Shown here in pieces: positions 37,625 to 51,500 of a DNA stretch of 64,000 nucleotides. A model generated the notes under the pieces. It saw only the letters and a list, made by a program, of their open reading frames with translations. It was not told the origin of the DNA and ran no database searches. Source of the stretch: Macrostomum lignano. Its lineage: Eukaryota. The stretch covers positions 15,046 through 79,045 of the forward strand of contig NIVC01003749.1 of the NCBI GenBank assembly GCA_002269645.1, given 5' to 3'. The number at the start of each line of letters is the position of its first letter. Position 1 is the stretch's first letter. The position numbers were made by a program, and so were the translations under genes.

Positions 37625-39794
37625 CTAGGCTTCGCCAATGTACAGCTGACTCAACTTAGCAACCGCCTCAGCTTCATCTGTGCCATCAGCTGTTGTTGCC
37701 GCAGACTCCGCCAGCCGCTTCATCAATCGTTGAGCTGCCTGCTTCTCCGACTGACTAAAGAATGCCAGTGCCAATTGAAATCGCTGACAGTTGGTCAGCG
37801 CAGTCAGAATGCTGACAGTCGGTTGCGTTGGCAATTTGTCAGAGTCAGCGGCATCGAGGGCTGTCACGAATTCGCCCAACAGGCCGAATGGAATTTCTGA
37901 GGCGAACAAGTTCGAGTAAACTGACGGCGCCAGGCTTAGCAGGTAGCTGCGGCTGGAATAGTGAAGTTTAGCACAAATTTTTACGGGTTTGTAGCCTGAC
38001 AAGGATAAACACTTTTTTTATGCTATCGCTGCGCTATTTGGCGGAAAAGTCTCCAATTTTTATTTTTTATTAGAGGCAGGGGGGTTGTGTGCACCCTGGC
38101 GCACTTTAAGCGACATAGGCACACAACCGGCGAGAGGCATTACTGCCCATTCCGCCGACTCCCCTGAGCAGGCATACAAGCGCGCGGATACGTACGCAGG
38201 CACACACTCACACAGGAGTGTACAGCGGCCCTAACTTTATATTATCGTTAGGCATGTACACTTCACTGCGCCTTGGGGGGTTGGCTCTCAAGGCCGTTAA
38301 TTGCACGAGCAGAGCCAAGCCGAGATTCCAATTCAGCCCCAAATTAATGTGACTGCACTTGGAATGGAGCCTGGGTCGCTGGCACACCAGAGCAGCTGCG
38401 CTACCTCTGGGCTACGGCCCCCTTAAAAGTCTCCAATATTTCATTCGTTGTTTTCTTATATTAGTGTATATTCTTTTTAAATTCTTATGTCCATTGACTC
38501 TAGTAGGACTACTTCCGTTATTGTTGTTGTTGTTGCTGTCCACTGTTTGCGTGCTGTTGTTGTTGTTCACTGTTTGCTCTTTGTCGTTGTTGTTTTCTGT
38601 TTGCTTGTTGTTGTTTTTTGTCGTTGTTGTTCACTGTGTGCTTGTTGTTGTTGTTGTTCGTTGTTTGTTTCGTTGTTGTTCACTGTGTGCTTGTTGTTGT
38701 TGTTGTTCACTGTTTGTTTTTTTTCGTTGTTGTTCACTGTGTGCTTGTTGTTGTTGTTCACTGTTTGCTTGTTGTTGTTGTTGTTCACTGTTTGCTCGTT
38801 GTTGTTGTTAATCACTGTGTGCTTGTTGTTGTTGTTGTTCACTGTTTGCTTGTTGTTGTTGTTCACTGTGTGCTTGTTGTTGTTGTTGTTCACTGTTTGT
38901 TTTTTTTCGTTGTTGTTCACTGTGTGCTTGTTGTTGTTGTTCACTGTTTGCTTGTTGTTGTTGTTGTTCACTGTTTGCTTGTTGTTGTTGTTAATCACTG
39001 TGTGCTTGTTGTTGTTGTTGTTCACTGTTTGCTTGTTGTTGTTGTTCACTGTGTGCTTGTTGTTGTTGTTGTTAATCACTGTGTGCTTGTTGCTGTTGTT
39101 GTTAATCACTGTGTGCTTGCTTTGTTGTTGTTGTTATTGTTGTTGTTGTTGTTGTTGTTGTTGTTCACTGTGTGCTTGTTGTTGTTGTTGTTCACTGTGT
39201 GCTTGCTTTGTTGTTGTTGTTATTTTTGTTGTTGTTGTTGTTGTCAAATGTTAGACACAATAACAGGAATTTCTCTTAAAGTTTTGGGCTCATACGCACT
39301 TTATCTTCGCAATTTCATGCCAGCGTTTTGCTTGATCGCTTACAATAAATGCCGTCTCCACTCCAGTTAAAAGACGGCTCATCAATAATGAGTGAGGGTC
39401 CTCTGAGCACTCACCGATACTCAGGAGTCTTCAACGATTGCCAACTTCTCACAAACTGCTGACAACTGGCAGGCGGCTCTCCAGTGGATGAAGTGGCACC
39501 CAGCAGGGAGCTTCCGCTGTCCTCCCGGCCCTCAACTCCCGCACCGCCACCTCCGCGGCTTCGACCGCGATTCCACAGTCCTGTCTCGTTGGTTCGAATC
39601 TCGGTGACTTTCTCGCCGCGATCCAACGGCTTCAAATGGCTGGCGTTGACGATTTCTTTGAACTCTTCGTAGCTGGCTACGCGCTGGTTTACTGCACGAA
39701 ATTTTGCATCGTTTTTCTCCCAGTAACGCCTATCGGCTTCTACCGCCTGCTCCAGCTCCCGTTCCAGCCTGTCCAGATTGATCTCGGCTGACAT
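37625..39794 (-). CDS. CCDC103: Coiled-coil domain-containing 103 (dynein arm assembly factor); exons 39794-39415, 37952-37625; about 235 aa
   Basis: INLDRLERELEQAVEADRRYWEKNDAKFRAVNQRVASYEEFKEIVNASHLKPLD N-terminal domain; RPAP3_C-like EIPFGLLGE...RFQLALAFFS; phase-2 GT-AG intron. Confidence 0.92.
38072..38233 (+). mobile_element. About 165-bp dispersed repeat, copy B
   Basis: Near-identical to 33035-33208. Confidence 0.8.
38247..38422 (-). mobile_element. Second tRNA-derived SINE family (partial copy also at about 29388-29460)
   Basis: Minus-strand head gggggccgtagcccagaggtagcg...ggctccattcc is tRNA-like; 3' part tgcgccttgggggttgg is shared with 29.4 kb. Confidence 0.6.
38510..39245. repeat. 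Compound (TTG)n + cactg repeat in the CCDC103 intron
   Basis: Visible. Confidence 0.95.
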
Positions 39795-42249
39795 GTCTGA
39801 CAAGACTATTGGCCTGTAGATTTATCTGAAACAGTATGTGAACAACGGTTCAGAAACACCATTAAAATATTATTTTCCTTAAGTTATTTAAAACAATCTG
39901 TTTACTAACTTTCGGTAGTCATTAATTTTTTATTCAAATGTGTTTACAATCTTGTAAATTATTCTACTAAAGTATATCAATCAAATCAATGCAAAAATCA
40001 AACAATTATAGCTCATTAAATAGTGGATTATTTGGATTTTTACTCTAAGTTATTAGACTCTTAAATCATAAATCAATACTAAACGTATTTCTTATGTTAT
40101 TTGACAAAATAGCATATTAGACAGATCATTTTTAGTATATGGACATATATGAGTATTTAAATTATGCTTTAAAGGCAAAAATGAGTTTCTGTCTAAAATC
40201 AGCTATGAAAGCAGCTCAATCTGTTAAGGGACATTGGCTAGCAACTACATATGATGCTTTATAGTGACCTATATAAAATACAATAAAACCTCTTACAGAA
40301 TTCCAAGCAAAAGGTTTATCGACATTCTTCTTCAATTTAAAGCTGTTAAAATGTGTAAACTCCTTAAAAAATAAATGTAGGTGCTCTTACATAGAGGAAA
40401 ATTGCAACCTACAGGCTAAAGAAAAATCCAAAGCTAAAACTTGGTCAATAATTTTGGTCAATTTCTATACACTCTGCGCACACACGTTATACAATACAAT
40501 AAATTACAACATTATGCTCCATACACGACAGGATCAAAACATTCTCACGGGCTCTAACTAATTTTAGGATATGCCTACATAGAATTAGAGCGAATGAAGA
40601 AGTCAAGAATGAAAATTAAAATCGCGACTCATTCAATAATTTGATACTTTTCTACTTCGCTGCCTCGTGTTTTTTTAATTTGACATCTTATTCATAAAAC
40701 GATAAAATTCATGTTGTTAAGTCCAGTGGTACCAACAAAAATACTATCCTTAATTTGAACTGTAAATATAATAAAAAAAATTTATAAACGTTTTCTACAC
40801 TACGCGGTTAACAATAACACTAAAAACTGATTAAAAAATAGAATGAAAATATTTACTTTGTTTTACTAGTTATAAAATAACAGTTTGTTCAATATTTTGA
40901 CAATGCCACATTTCGTTTAATAATATATGCAAAAATGTATAGGACAATTGCATTGGAAGTGTTCTAAAATAGTACTATATACATTAATAAAATGGTAAAC
41001 TCTAGTGGTTCTTGCTGCTAACATTAGCTGGCTTACTTTAGGTTTTTGTTTAGGCCCTTACTATTAATTTAAATGAAATTTCCTTCCTATGACCATTAAA
41101 ATAGCCTTTTTTCTTCTTATATATAGTATAGTGACTATAAAAATAATATTTTAAATGATCCCATTTAAATAATTGCAGACTGAAGTAGATATATAGGATC
41201 CTCTTCAACAAACACTTGCATTGTATGAACATCTCATTGTCTCTTTATATTATTTTATTCCATATATATATTATTTGGCATTATATACTTTGACAACTAA
41301 AAAAAGATTATAATGACTTTGGATTGTTGGTTTGATGTATGATTAAAATGGCACATTTTTTGTTTTTTATATCTTTCTAATGGGTATCATCCTAATTTTC
41401 AATGATTGTAAACTGAAAGAATGCTTTGTTATCTAAAGGAAATCATTAATGAGGTTCATTTATATAAGCACAAGGTATAAATATAAATATAGTTATAAAA
41501 ATCTTATATAATCTATATTTTTTAACTATATCTTAAAAAATAATGGGAAGAAGAATAAAAATAAAAGATATAATGCCAGTATATAATAAAAGAAGTCTAG
41601 TAACAATTTAGTTGATCTATACTTTTAAACCCTTAAGTCTACTGCTTAAGTCTAATTCTAAAAGTACTTTTAGGTATAGTATAGGCCTATAGATTAATAA
41701 AAGATTCATTTATTGCTTGTTTGAATAGGAAACATATAAAGTGACATATAAAATAGACATGCAAAATCTTCAATTGTGCTTTCATACAATAATCTACTAA
41801 TAGCCTACACTTTGTTATTATTGCTTTCTAAGTATAAGGACTTAATTAACCATTTAGTCTTTACTCTTTGGTCTTCTATTGATATGTGTGCAATCATATC
41901 ACATTAGGAAATTCATTAATTAAAAACACACAGTGGAATTTGAAACCTGTCTAGAACTATAATTATTAGTATATAAAATTATACAACGAGACAATATTGT
42001 TTGAAGCAACCTACAGTTAGCAATCTAAAATATGCATTATGATAGCTTCTAGAATAAGGACTCCACTTGGCTAAATCTCAAAGCATAAAGAATCAGTTTT
42101 TTTCTAGCTTGTTAATCATTCTTTATTTGGAATTCATTGAAAAATGCTATCAGTTGTTTGATAGGTTGACTATATAGATAAAATTTTGAAAATTTGAATA
42201 TTATAAATATTAAATATTAATAATACTCATTCAATTCTTAAGGCACCAT

Positions 42250-44300
42250 GACCTTTATGATTGCTCCTTTATTTCCTTTTTTTGCATAGCAGGTTGGGCT
42301 TAAATTTTTTTTCTATATGATATTCTTGCCAAACTTCCCAGCTATTGTCAACCAGAACTTTGCCTAGGTAATCTGCAGTAAAGTTGTGCCAGTGGCACTA
42401 GGCTAGTCTAGTAAATAGAAATTCATTCATTCAGAACATGCAAGTCACTTTCTGCCACAAATCTACATTGGCAACATTTTAGGGTCTCAAAGTCAGTGAC
42501 TTCTAGGTGGATAAACTGACATATTTCAATAGTTCTTATTATTAATTTGTTGATAGACATGTATTCACCACCTTTCACCACCTTTCATAACACCACAATT
42601 GCTATGAAGCCAATAGAAGCTTAATTGCCCTATCTCTCATTGCACTTAAGAGCTTTCCTTTTGGTTGCTCAAATAGGCCTACTCATATTTATCCTTTTTT
42701 GCCCTCTGCAGCTCCTATCTCTAGTTCTCAAGGTAAGCCACTTTCAAATATTGGGATCTTTTTGTTTAGGTTCAATTAACTAGATCCAGTGAGTTCGCCA
42801 TGTGTTTACAGGCTTGTTGCCATATTAGCAGGATTGTGAGCTCAAAGTTGGGCAGCCCAAGGTGACATTTCCCCAAGGATAGATGGGCCCACCCATTCAG
42901 TACACTGAGCTGCATATGTAGGATTTCTATACATGCTTTTTGGATCATTCTAGTTACTCTTCTTAACTTGCAGACATATACCCCACTCAATCTAAGTTGC
43001 TATATGAGCCTATTATTTAAAACTTCTTTAATCCCTTTTTCTAATATGGCTTTAAAGGTGCACTTTTAACCATCAAGCCATCACTTCAGCCAATCCCTTG
43101 ACTAGATGACCTTACTAGTCATAGAGATTTTTACACCAAGTGAAATAAAGTCATCAATACTACTCACCATAGGCAGCTATTTGCCCTTCTATTGGATTGG
43201 ATCTAAGCTGACCTTCAAGATTTTTTTGCCCTTGACAAGAAGCAGTATCTGCCTAGCTGCCTAGTATCTGCCTAGCAAAGAAACTCTAAATGATCATGAC
43301 CAACTTGGTTTTATAATTTGTTGCTCCCAACAAGATTAGGTCATCAACATATGCGAGCACTGGCACATCGAATCCCTTGACCAAAAAACAATATCCTGAA
43401 GACTGTAGCTCATGCATCAATTTATCAAGTACTAAATTGAATAGGAAGGGGCTAAATAGACATCCTTGCTTCATACCATGCTTAATGTTAATATGTCTAC
43501 TTCATGACCAATACTAATTTTGGTCTAAACATTTGTATATAGATAGATCTCTTACTACAATTATCTTGCTTAGGGGGAACCTGAACTTTCTCATGGCATT
43601 GAGTATAGCACCATGATGGATGTTGTCAAATGCCTTTGCCAAGTCTATAGATAATAAGTTGATCTGGTAGCACTTTTTGCGCATACCTTTTAGTGCACTG
43701 CAATAGATTTATGTTTTATTAGCAACCATCTACTAGTCTAAAAGCTTTTTGGCATTCACTTATACTCTTGTAGGAGCCTTAGACCAGCAAGTTGTTAATG
43801 TTTTTGTGTATAGTCTCAGCAAGAGCCTCTTGGTTGTTAGCAGGCACTAGTTGTTAGCACTGGTTAGGTCACCACCTTTACATAACTGAATTGTCTGATT
43901 CTCCCGCAACTCAATAGGAATTTTTGTAAGTACTGCCAAAAATTGAAGTGAGTGGCTACCATTTCTCTATCTAGGTTCTTAAGGCAGTGCCTGTTGAACC
44001 ATCTATCTTGTTACTATCCCTAATGGCATATGTCACCTCTGGTGTCTCAAAAGGTGCAGTTTTCTTCTCAAACTGGATGCCTTCTACCGCAGTGGTGTCT
44101 TTGGGAATCATGCCTGTTGTATTACCTAGGCAATGTTGGTAAACTTTCTTAATCTTGGCCATCTTAAAGTGGATTTCCATTTCAGAAATCTCTACCTTGT
44201 CTAAGATTTTAGAGAAGCAAAATCTAGCCTTATTCCCTTTTGTAGCCCTCAACAAATTTACATCTAGCCAAATGCCAACCTCAACTCTGAGTTTATGGGA
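42250..44300 (-). pseudogene. Decayed non-LTR retrotransposon of restriction-like-endonuclease (R2-like) type
   Basis: Minus-strand fragments IDLAKAFDNIHH, GMKQGCLFSPFLFN and VLAYVDDLILL (RT); CCQCRFVAESDLHVLNE (zinc knuckle); HWHN (xRHN); FKPNLL (PD motif); many stops. Confidence 0.85.
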
Positions 44301-46194
44301 ATTAGTGCCTTTGAATCCAGGTACTGTAAACTTGATTCTTAATGCTTTGCTTCTAAAGCTTGAAAGCCTAAAGCCTAGCTATAAGCACAGTGTGCTTGCA
44401 ACTATCAAGCATTCCTGCTATTCTAGGCAGTCTCTAAGATATACCACATGTTGTCTTATCCTTAATTCCCTTCTCATTTATAAGCCACAAGCCCACAATA
44501 GCTAATATTTTTAACTCTTCAAACCTGAACTTATCAGTGCTCCATTCTTTCTAAAGCCTTCTCAAGTCTTAACAGAATGTATTCAATTGTTACACCTCGA
44601 CTCCCTCTGCCTTATCTCATAGAAAATTATTCCTAACTCTTTCCCTTTATTTATGAGCCACTATGCTTGCACCAATACTCAACTCTTGACTTGTTCCAAA
44701 TATTTGTCCTACATCAAAGTGACTATTCAGTATTTGGATTGTTAACTTTCCTGTTTTAATTCAAACAAAATCTTCAGTTAAGTAAATTTGATTCCAAATA
44801 CTTCAAATATTTGTCCTTTCTGGGTTTATAATTGACTTAGAAAGAAAATAAAAATCTGTATTTTATTGTTAACTTTGTTATACAAAGTAAAATAATTGTG
44901 CTAAAGTTTCAATTTTGCACCTATTCACAAGTCAGCTAGCAGTTGCACATGTATATTTAATAAGTCATGTTATTTTTCAATTATTATAATCATATTTTTC
45001 CTAGAAAAAAAACCTATATGCATAATAAATAAAAACTTGTAATTAAATTATTTAATTGAAAGATTTTAGATTAAGTATTATATTTATTCTTTTTTAATTA
45101 AAGTTAGGGCAAGATCCCAGTTCCAAAAATTTAGATTTTTCAAACCTTTTACTGTAATAAAAAAACTAGCAAAATAATTAGGAATATAAATTTAAACATA
45201 CTTTGTGGTCCAGAAAGGTCTCCCGGATTACAAACAAAGTTTTCTCTACACTGGATTGATGGATTGGGCTGAAACTTGACCTGCTTAAACTTTATTCTAA
45301 ATATTTTTTGTCTAAAAATCTTAGCAATTGCTAAAAAATCATGAAATTACAGCAGTTTTTCTAAAAAACACCGTTTTTGTTAAATCAGTTGGGTTTTAGC
45401 ACAATCTGATATGCAGCTGTAAGTCAGTGCTCCACATGATAACCTTTGATGTCGATACAAGTCTGCAGGCACTTCTTAAAGCTATTATAAGGCTGTTGAC
45501 CGCAAAGTCGACTGGTATATCCTGCATTACCTGCATTATCCGTGCCTTAAGCTCATCCAGGCTGTCCACTAACTGTCGGTAGACATTGTCTTTTACCCAT
45601 CCCCAGACACCATACATGCGCAACTTCTGAAATTACGCTGGCCGTGCGACTTAGTTTTCGATAAAAAATGCGACTTACCTATGAAAGAGCCAAGCAAAAA
45701 CTTTAGGTAAACGGCAGGAGTAACTATGACTATTTTTTTAAAGCTAAATGCTTCGCCAGCTAATTAGTGCTGCGTGCAGATTCCGCGTTTTTATAACAGC
45801 TAATCAGTATGTCATCTAGTGGCGGCATGAAGCAATTAGTAAATTGTCAGTACAGTGTAGTGAGCATACTACAAAAGTCATGATTCATGAATGTCCAGAA
45901 GTAAGTGAAGTGAATACAGTGTGACCTATAGCTCAAGAACGATTTGGCATGGAAGATGAGAGCCCTGATTCAGATGGCTCATCAGATGCAGAATACAAAT
46001 CCAGTAGAGATACAAGCTGTGAAAACCCACAGATTTTTAAACCACTGAATTCTAATTCCTGGAACTATTTTTGCATAGATTCTAAATTTGAAGTCATGCT
46101 CAAACAAAAACTTGTTAACAGTTAGGAAAAAGGCAAAGATGGGAGTAATGCATGTTAAACTAAGATTTGAGGCCTTTGCAAATTCTCTCCATTC

Positions 46195-46936
46195 CTCAAT
46201 CTTCTCATCCTCTTTTTCTTTTCTCTCTCATCCCTTATCCCTTCTCTCTTTCCTCTCCTCTCCTATCTCTTCTGTCTTCTCTCTGCATTCTTATCTCTCC
46301 TCTCGTCTCTCTCCATTCCACTCTCTCTCTCATCTTATCTTCCCTCTCGTCTCTCTCCACTCTACTCTCTCATTATCTCTCCTCTCTTTTCTACTCTCTC
46401 ATCTCTCCTCTCTTCACTCTCCTCTCATCTCCTCTTTATCCTCTCTTCTCTCATCTACTCTCTCCTCTTTCCTCTTTCCTCTCTTCTGATCTCATCCATC
46501 ATCTTTTCTTTCCTCTTTCCTCTCATCTCCTCTTCTCTCTCATCTCTTTTTCCTCCCTCAGCTTTTCTCTCCTCTTCTATCTTTTCTCCCATCGCATCGC
46601 TCGCCTCTCCTCTGTTTGCTTATCTCTAATCTTCTATTCCCTCTACTTTGAAGTAAGAAAATATGCACATATTTTTGCTGAAGATAAGAGGAGAGAAGAG
46701 GGCATTGAGGAGAAAGGGTAGAGAGAAAGGGGGAGAAGAGAGGAGAGTAAAAATGAGAGGAGAGAGAAGAGGGAAAAGGGGGGAGAGAGAGAAGAGGGGA
46801 GGCAAGGTAGAGAAGAAGAGAGAGATGAGAGTTGAAGAGACACCAACCTTGCTACTCGTAGTTAGGAAGTTTCAAAGAACCCGAGGGGCGAGGGCCAGAT
46901 AGAGGGGCTTCGCGAGCCAGAGTTTGCCAACCCCTG
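46195..46936. mobile_element. Polypyrimidine tract followed by polypurine tract ending in a hAT-like TIR (gtttgccaacccctg)
   Basis: 46850-46936 matches the terminus of the 37.5 kb MITE. Confidence 0.7.
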
Positions 46937-47089
46937 CTCCAGAGTTTAAGAAATCAATGGGAAACTGTTGACGCGGGCTTCTGATTTCAAAGATCTTGTC
47001 TGTGGTTGAAGGCTTCTATTCTGTTTTTGCTCTCTTGCCACACTTGCACCTACTACCCCCTGATTGCCTCTGATTGTGACTTACTTCCC

Positions 47090-47730
47090 TCTTATTGCGA
47101 CTTAGTTGCTTCTTTTTGTGACTTACCTAATCCTTTTTGCGACTTACTTAATCCTTTTTGCGACTTACCTAATCCTTTTGCGACTTACCTAACCCTTTTG
47201 CGACTTACCTAATCCTTTTTGCGACTTACTTAATCCTTTTTGCGACTTACTTAATCCTTTTGCGACTTACCTAACCCTTTGTGACTTACCTAATCCTTTT
47301 TGCGACTTACCTAATCCTTTTTGCGACTTACCTAATCCTTTTGCGACTTACCTAACCCTTTTGCGACTTACCTAATCCTTTTTGCAACTTACTTAATCCT
47401 TTTTGCGACTTACTTAATCCTTTTGCGACTTACCTAACCCTTTGTGACTTACCTAATCCTTTTTGCGACTTACCTAATCCTTTTTGCGACTTACCTAATC
47501 CTTTTGCGACTTACCTAATCCTTTTTGGGACTTACCTAATCCTTTTTGCGACTTACCTAATCCTTTTTGCGACTTACCTAATCCTTTTTGCGACTTACCT
47601 AATCCTTTTTGCGACTTACCTAATCCTTTTTGGACTTACCTAATCCTTTTTGCGACTTACCTAACCCTTTTGCGACTTACCTGATTCCTGTTGCGACTTA
47701 CCTGATCCTTTTTGCGACTTACCTGATTAT
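47090..47730. repeat. 22-23-bp minisatellite (gcgacttacctaatcc + T run)
   Basis: Visible. Confidence 0.95.
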
Positions 47731-48539
47731 TTTTACAACTTAGTTTGCTTCTTTTGCGAATTGTTTTTCTTTTGCTTCACCATTTTCCCTGAACTGCTCT
47801 TTCTTTCGCTTTCCTCTTGCCTTTCTTGGTTCTTGTGTTTTTCTGTTTTTGGTTGACTCAATTTTGCGACTTACCTCTGGTCAGCCACGATTTACGGTGG
47901 CCGGATCGGCCAGGTCGGCCAGCAGTTGCGCATGTATGCCAGACACTCACGACGCCATCACTGCTGGACCAACAGCGGACTCTTCAATTCATCCAGCCAG
48001 GATGCCATTTTAAATCTTTCAACAGGCGTGTAAGTCATAAAGCTGGAATGAAATGTGCACATCAGTAAGTGAAAAGTGTTTTTTATAAAAACTGCTGTAA
48101 CTTCATGATTTTTTTAGCAATTGCTAAGTTTTTTAAACAAAAAAATATATTCAGAATAAAGTTTAAGCAGGTCAAGTTTCAGCCCAATCCATCAATTCAG
48201 TGCAGAGAAAACTCTGTTTGTGGTCTGAGAGACCTTTCTGGACCACCCTGTACAATAAATCTGTTCAACAGAACAGATAGATGTTTTAGTAACATTTTTT
48301 ACTTTAATGGTTTTTTTTAAGAAAATTTAATCATCCTCTTGAAATAAAAATTAATTTGCTATATTCTTTTTCAAATCTAGGTTTATTTAAAAGCTTAACT
48401 TCAATTCGCATTGCTTAGTTTCTACTTTCTTAGTAGTAAATTAATGACTTTAACATCATAGTTCCACAGAATAGTAACTAAATCTCCTGTCATGTGTCAT
48501 ATTTCAAAGACAGGTTTGACGCCTGCAAAAACTGCATGG

Positions 48540-51500
48540 ATGTCTAGGGCAGCTGCAGTAGTAACAACATCCTCATCATCTTCAACTGCTGCTAACTCAA
48601 ATATTACTGATACAAAATCTGTGGCTAGTGTGTTTGAATTTGAGCCAACAGACAGTACTTCTTCTGTTGCCGTACACCGCCACATAAGCGGTTGCGCCGG
48701 CAGCAACACCGGAGGCTCCGCAGGCGGTAGTCAGGCAGGCAGTCCATTAAAGCCAAAAAAACGTTGGATTCGCGAATCATCGTCTTCTTCTACAACAGCA
48801 AACACGGAGGCCAATCCTGTTGCTGTTGGGTCAACTACAACAGGCTCAGTACTGCCTGGGGAACAGTGTTCTGCTTCTTCTTCTTCTAGTAGCAGGAAGC
48901 GCGGTTCGGGTTTTGTAGCCAACGAATCGCAGGCTAATCTCTCCGTAGCCATACCGTCCCCAGCTGTGTCAGCTTCATCCGATAATAATGGCGCCAATTC
49001 TGGCAGCGGAAATGGCGGCGGCATCCGATTGAAGTTTTCCTCTAGACAGAATGGCAGTTACGCCGTCCAGATGCTCGAGGACGCCTCCTTGGCCGTTGAT
49101 GAAGAATCAAGTCGTCGTAGATCGAAGCATAAGACAGCTACTAAAAGAAAGTCGGAATTGAAACAGACCAAGCAAACTAATCAGAAAAAGAAGCAAAGAA
49201 AGACTAGCAGTTCCAATGAAACTGTAGCTTCCGAGCCTGCACTAACTCTTGTACCAGTTAATAAGTGCCGAATTGTAGGCGATATGTCTAATTCGGCTTC
49301 TCTATTGTCTGTTGGCGATGTTGTTTGGGCTAAGCTGACTGGTTGGCCCTGGTGGCCAGGCCGGGTTGCCGGTTTACAGCGTCAGGAGGAGCTTGCAGTT
49401 GATGAGCAGCTGCCACCTGCTGACCAGTGCATCGCCTGTGTGCACTGGTTCAACTGGGACCAGGTGTCCTATCTACCAGCCGAGCGGTTGCGCCTATTTG
49501 TTGACTACTATGGCCGATTGTTTGACGCTAAAAAACGGGGCGCTTATAAAACTGCTGTGGAACAGGTGGGTGTTGAACAATCGGAATTTGAATCTTCTAA
49601 GCTACAAGTACACTACAGAAGAATTGCTTCTAAAATAAAAATATAGGTCAGGTAAATCGACCTTCTGGCCTTAGACAAGTCGCCTTTTAAACCCTTTAAT
49701 TCCTGGCAGAATCGCCCTCTATTTCCTGGAAGAGTCGCTCTCTAATTCCTGGGAGATTCGCCTTCTAATTCCTGGAAGAATCGTCCTTTAATTCCTGGAA
49801 GATTCGCCCTCTAATTCCTGGGAGATTCGCCCTCTAATTCCTGGAAGAATCGCCCTCTAATTCCTGGGGCAGAATCGCCCTCTAATTCCTGGCAGAATCG
49901 CCCTCTAATTCCTGGGCAGAATCGCCCAATAATTCCTGGGGCAGAATCGCCCTCTAATTCCTGGGGCAGAATCGCCCTCTAATTCCTGGGGCAGAATCGC
50001 CCTCTAATTCCTGGGGCAGAATCGCCCTCTAATTCCTGGCAGAATCGCCCTCTAATTCCTGGAAGAATCGCCCTCTGATTTCTGGAAGAATCGCCCTCTA
50101 ATTCCTGGAAGAATCGCCCTCTAATTCCTGGAAGAATAGCCCTCTAATTCCTGGTAGAATCGCCCTCTAATTCCTGGAAGAATTGCCCTCTGATTCCTGG
50201 TAGAATCGCCGTCTAATTCCTGTTAGAATCGCCCTTTAATTCCTGGCAGAATCGCCCTCTAATTCCTGGCAGAATCGCCCTCTAATTCCTGGGGCAGAAT
50301 CGCCTAATAATTCCTGGGGCAGAATCGCCCTCTAATTCCTGGGGCAGAATCGCCCTCTAATTCCTGGGAGATTCGCCCTCTAATTCCTGGGGCAGAATCG
50401 CCCTCTAATTCCTGGGGCAGAATCGCCCTCTAATTCCTGGGGCAGAATCGCCCTCTAATTCCTGGCAGAATCGCCCTCTAATTCCTGGTAGAATCGCGCT
50501 CTAATTCCTGGAAGAATCGCCCTCTGATTTCTGGAAGAATCGCCCTCTAATTCCTGGAAGAATCGCCCTCTAATTCCTGGGAGATTCGCCCTCTAATTCC
50601 TGGGAGAATAGCCCTCTAATTCCTGGTAGAATCGCCCTCTAATTCCTGGGGCAGAATCGCCCTCTAATTCCTGGTAGAATCGCCGTCTAATTCCTGTTAG
50701 AATCGCCCTCTAATTCCTGGAAGAATCGCCCTCTAATTCCTGGAAGAATCGCCCTCTGATTCCTGGTAGAATCGCCCTTTAATTCCTGGAAGAATCGCCC
50801 TCTGATTCCTGGTAGAATCACCCTCTGATTCCTGGTAGAATCGGAACGGCCATCTAAAGCTTGGAACGGTTATTATAAACCGTTAAATAATTATTTTAAA
50901 TCTCTTAACTTTTCCCTAGTCAGTCTCGTAATTTTATGCATATATTTTCCCAACTTTCTACTTAGCAAGTGGCAAAATGAGAATATCTCGGTATTTTAAA
51001 CAAAAGCAAAAAATTCCACTCACATTAAAGGCCTATCTGATAGCGCACGCTCCGCCAGGCGAAGATGACGAATCTGATCAGATTTTTCAAGCCGGCGATC
51101 CTGTCAAAGAATCATCCTCCAATGCAGCCATAACAACAACAACAGCAGCGGCAGTCGTTAAACCGGTTGTAAAAGCTGCGACAAAAAAGTCGACAAAAAA
51201 GACGTCTTCGTCGCCAACTAAATCAATTAAGCTGGCTGCCGGCTCAGCCACTGAGCAGTCTCGCCGCCAACAAAGGCGTCCACGGAGCGGCGCTAATCAA
51301 AGTAGAAGCCGCGTGAAAGTGAAAGAACTCGATTTTGCCGATTTAGAAGATGAAGAAGACGATAGAGTGCATAGGCGGCAGCAACAGGTTTGAAATTTTG
51401 ATATCTAAAATTGCTGTGACCTTAGGCTATAGGGCAGAGTGTCGGGTGCTACAGCCCACTCAATATGTCAGATATTTGAAGCCACCTGTCGGTGTGTCAG

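Larger units (their letters stand above)
45199..48252 (-). mobile_element. Tc1/mariner-type element shell: about 175-bp TIRs, TA flanks, transposase C-terminal remnant at about 45420-45620
   Basis: 45201-45372 is the inverted match of 48076-48250 (ta|cagggtggtccagaaagg). WGWVKDNVYRQLVDSLDELKARI matches the WGxLKxxVY..TLxELKxxI transposase motif. Confidence 0.75.

Noticed and set aside
38359-39370. Leu/Val/Cys-rich and Asn-rich ORFs
   Set aside because: (TTG)n repeat inside the CCDC103 intron.
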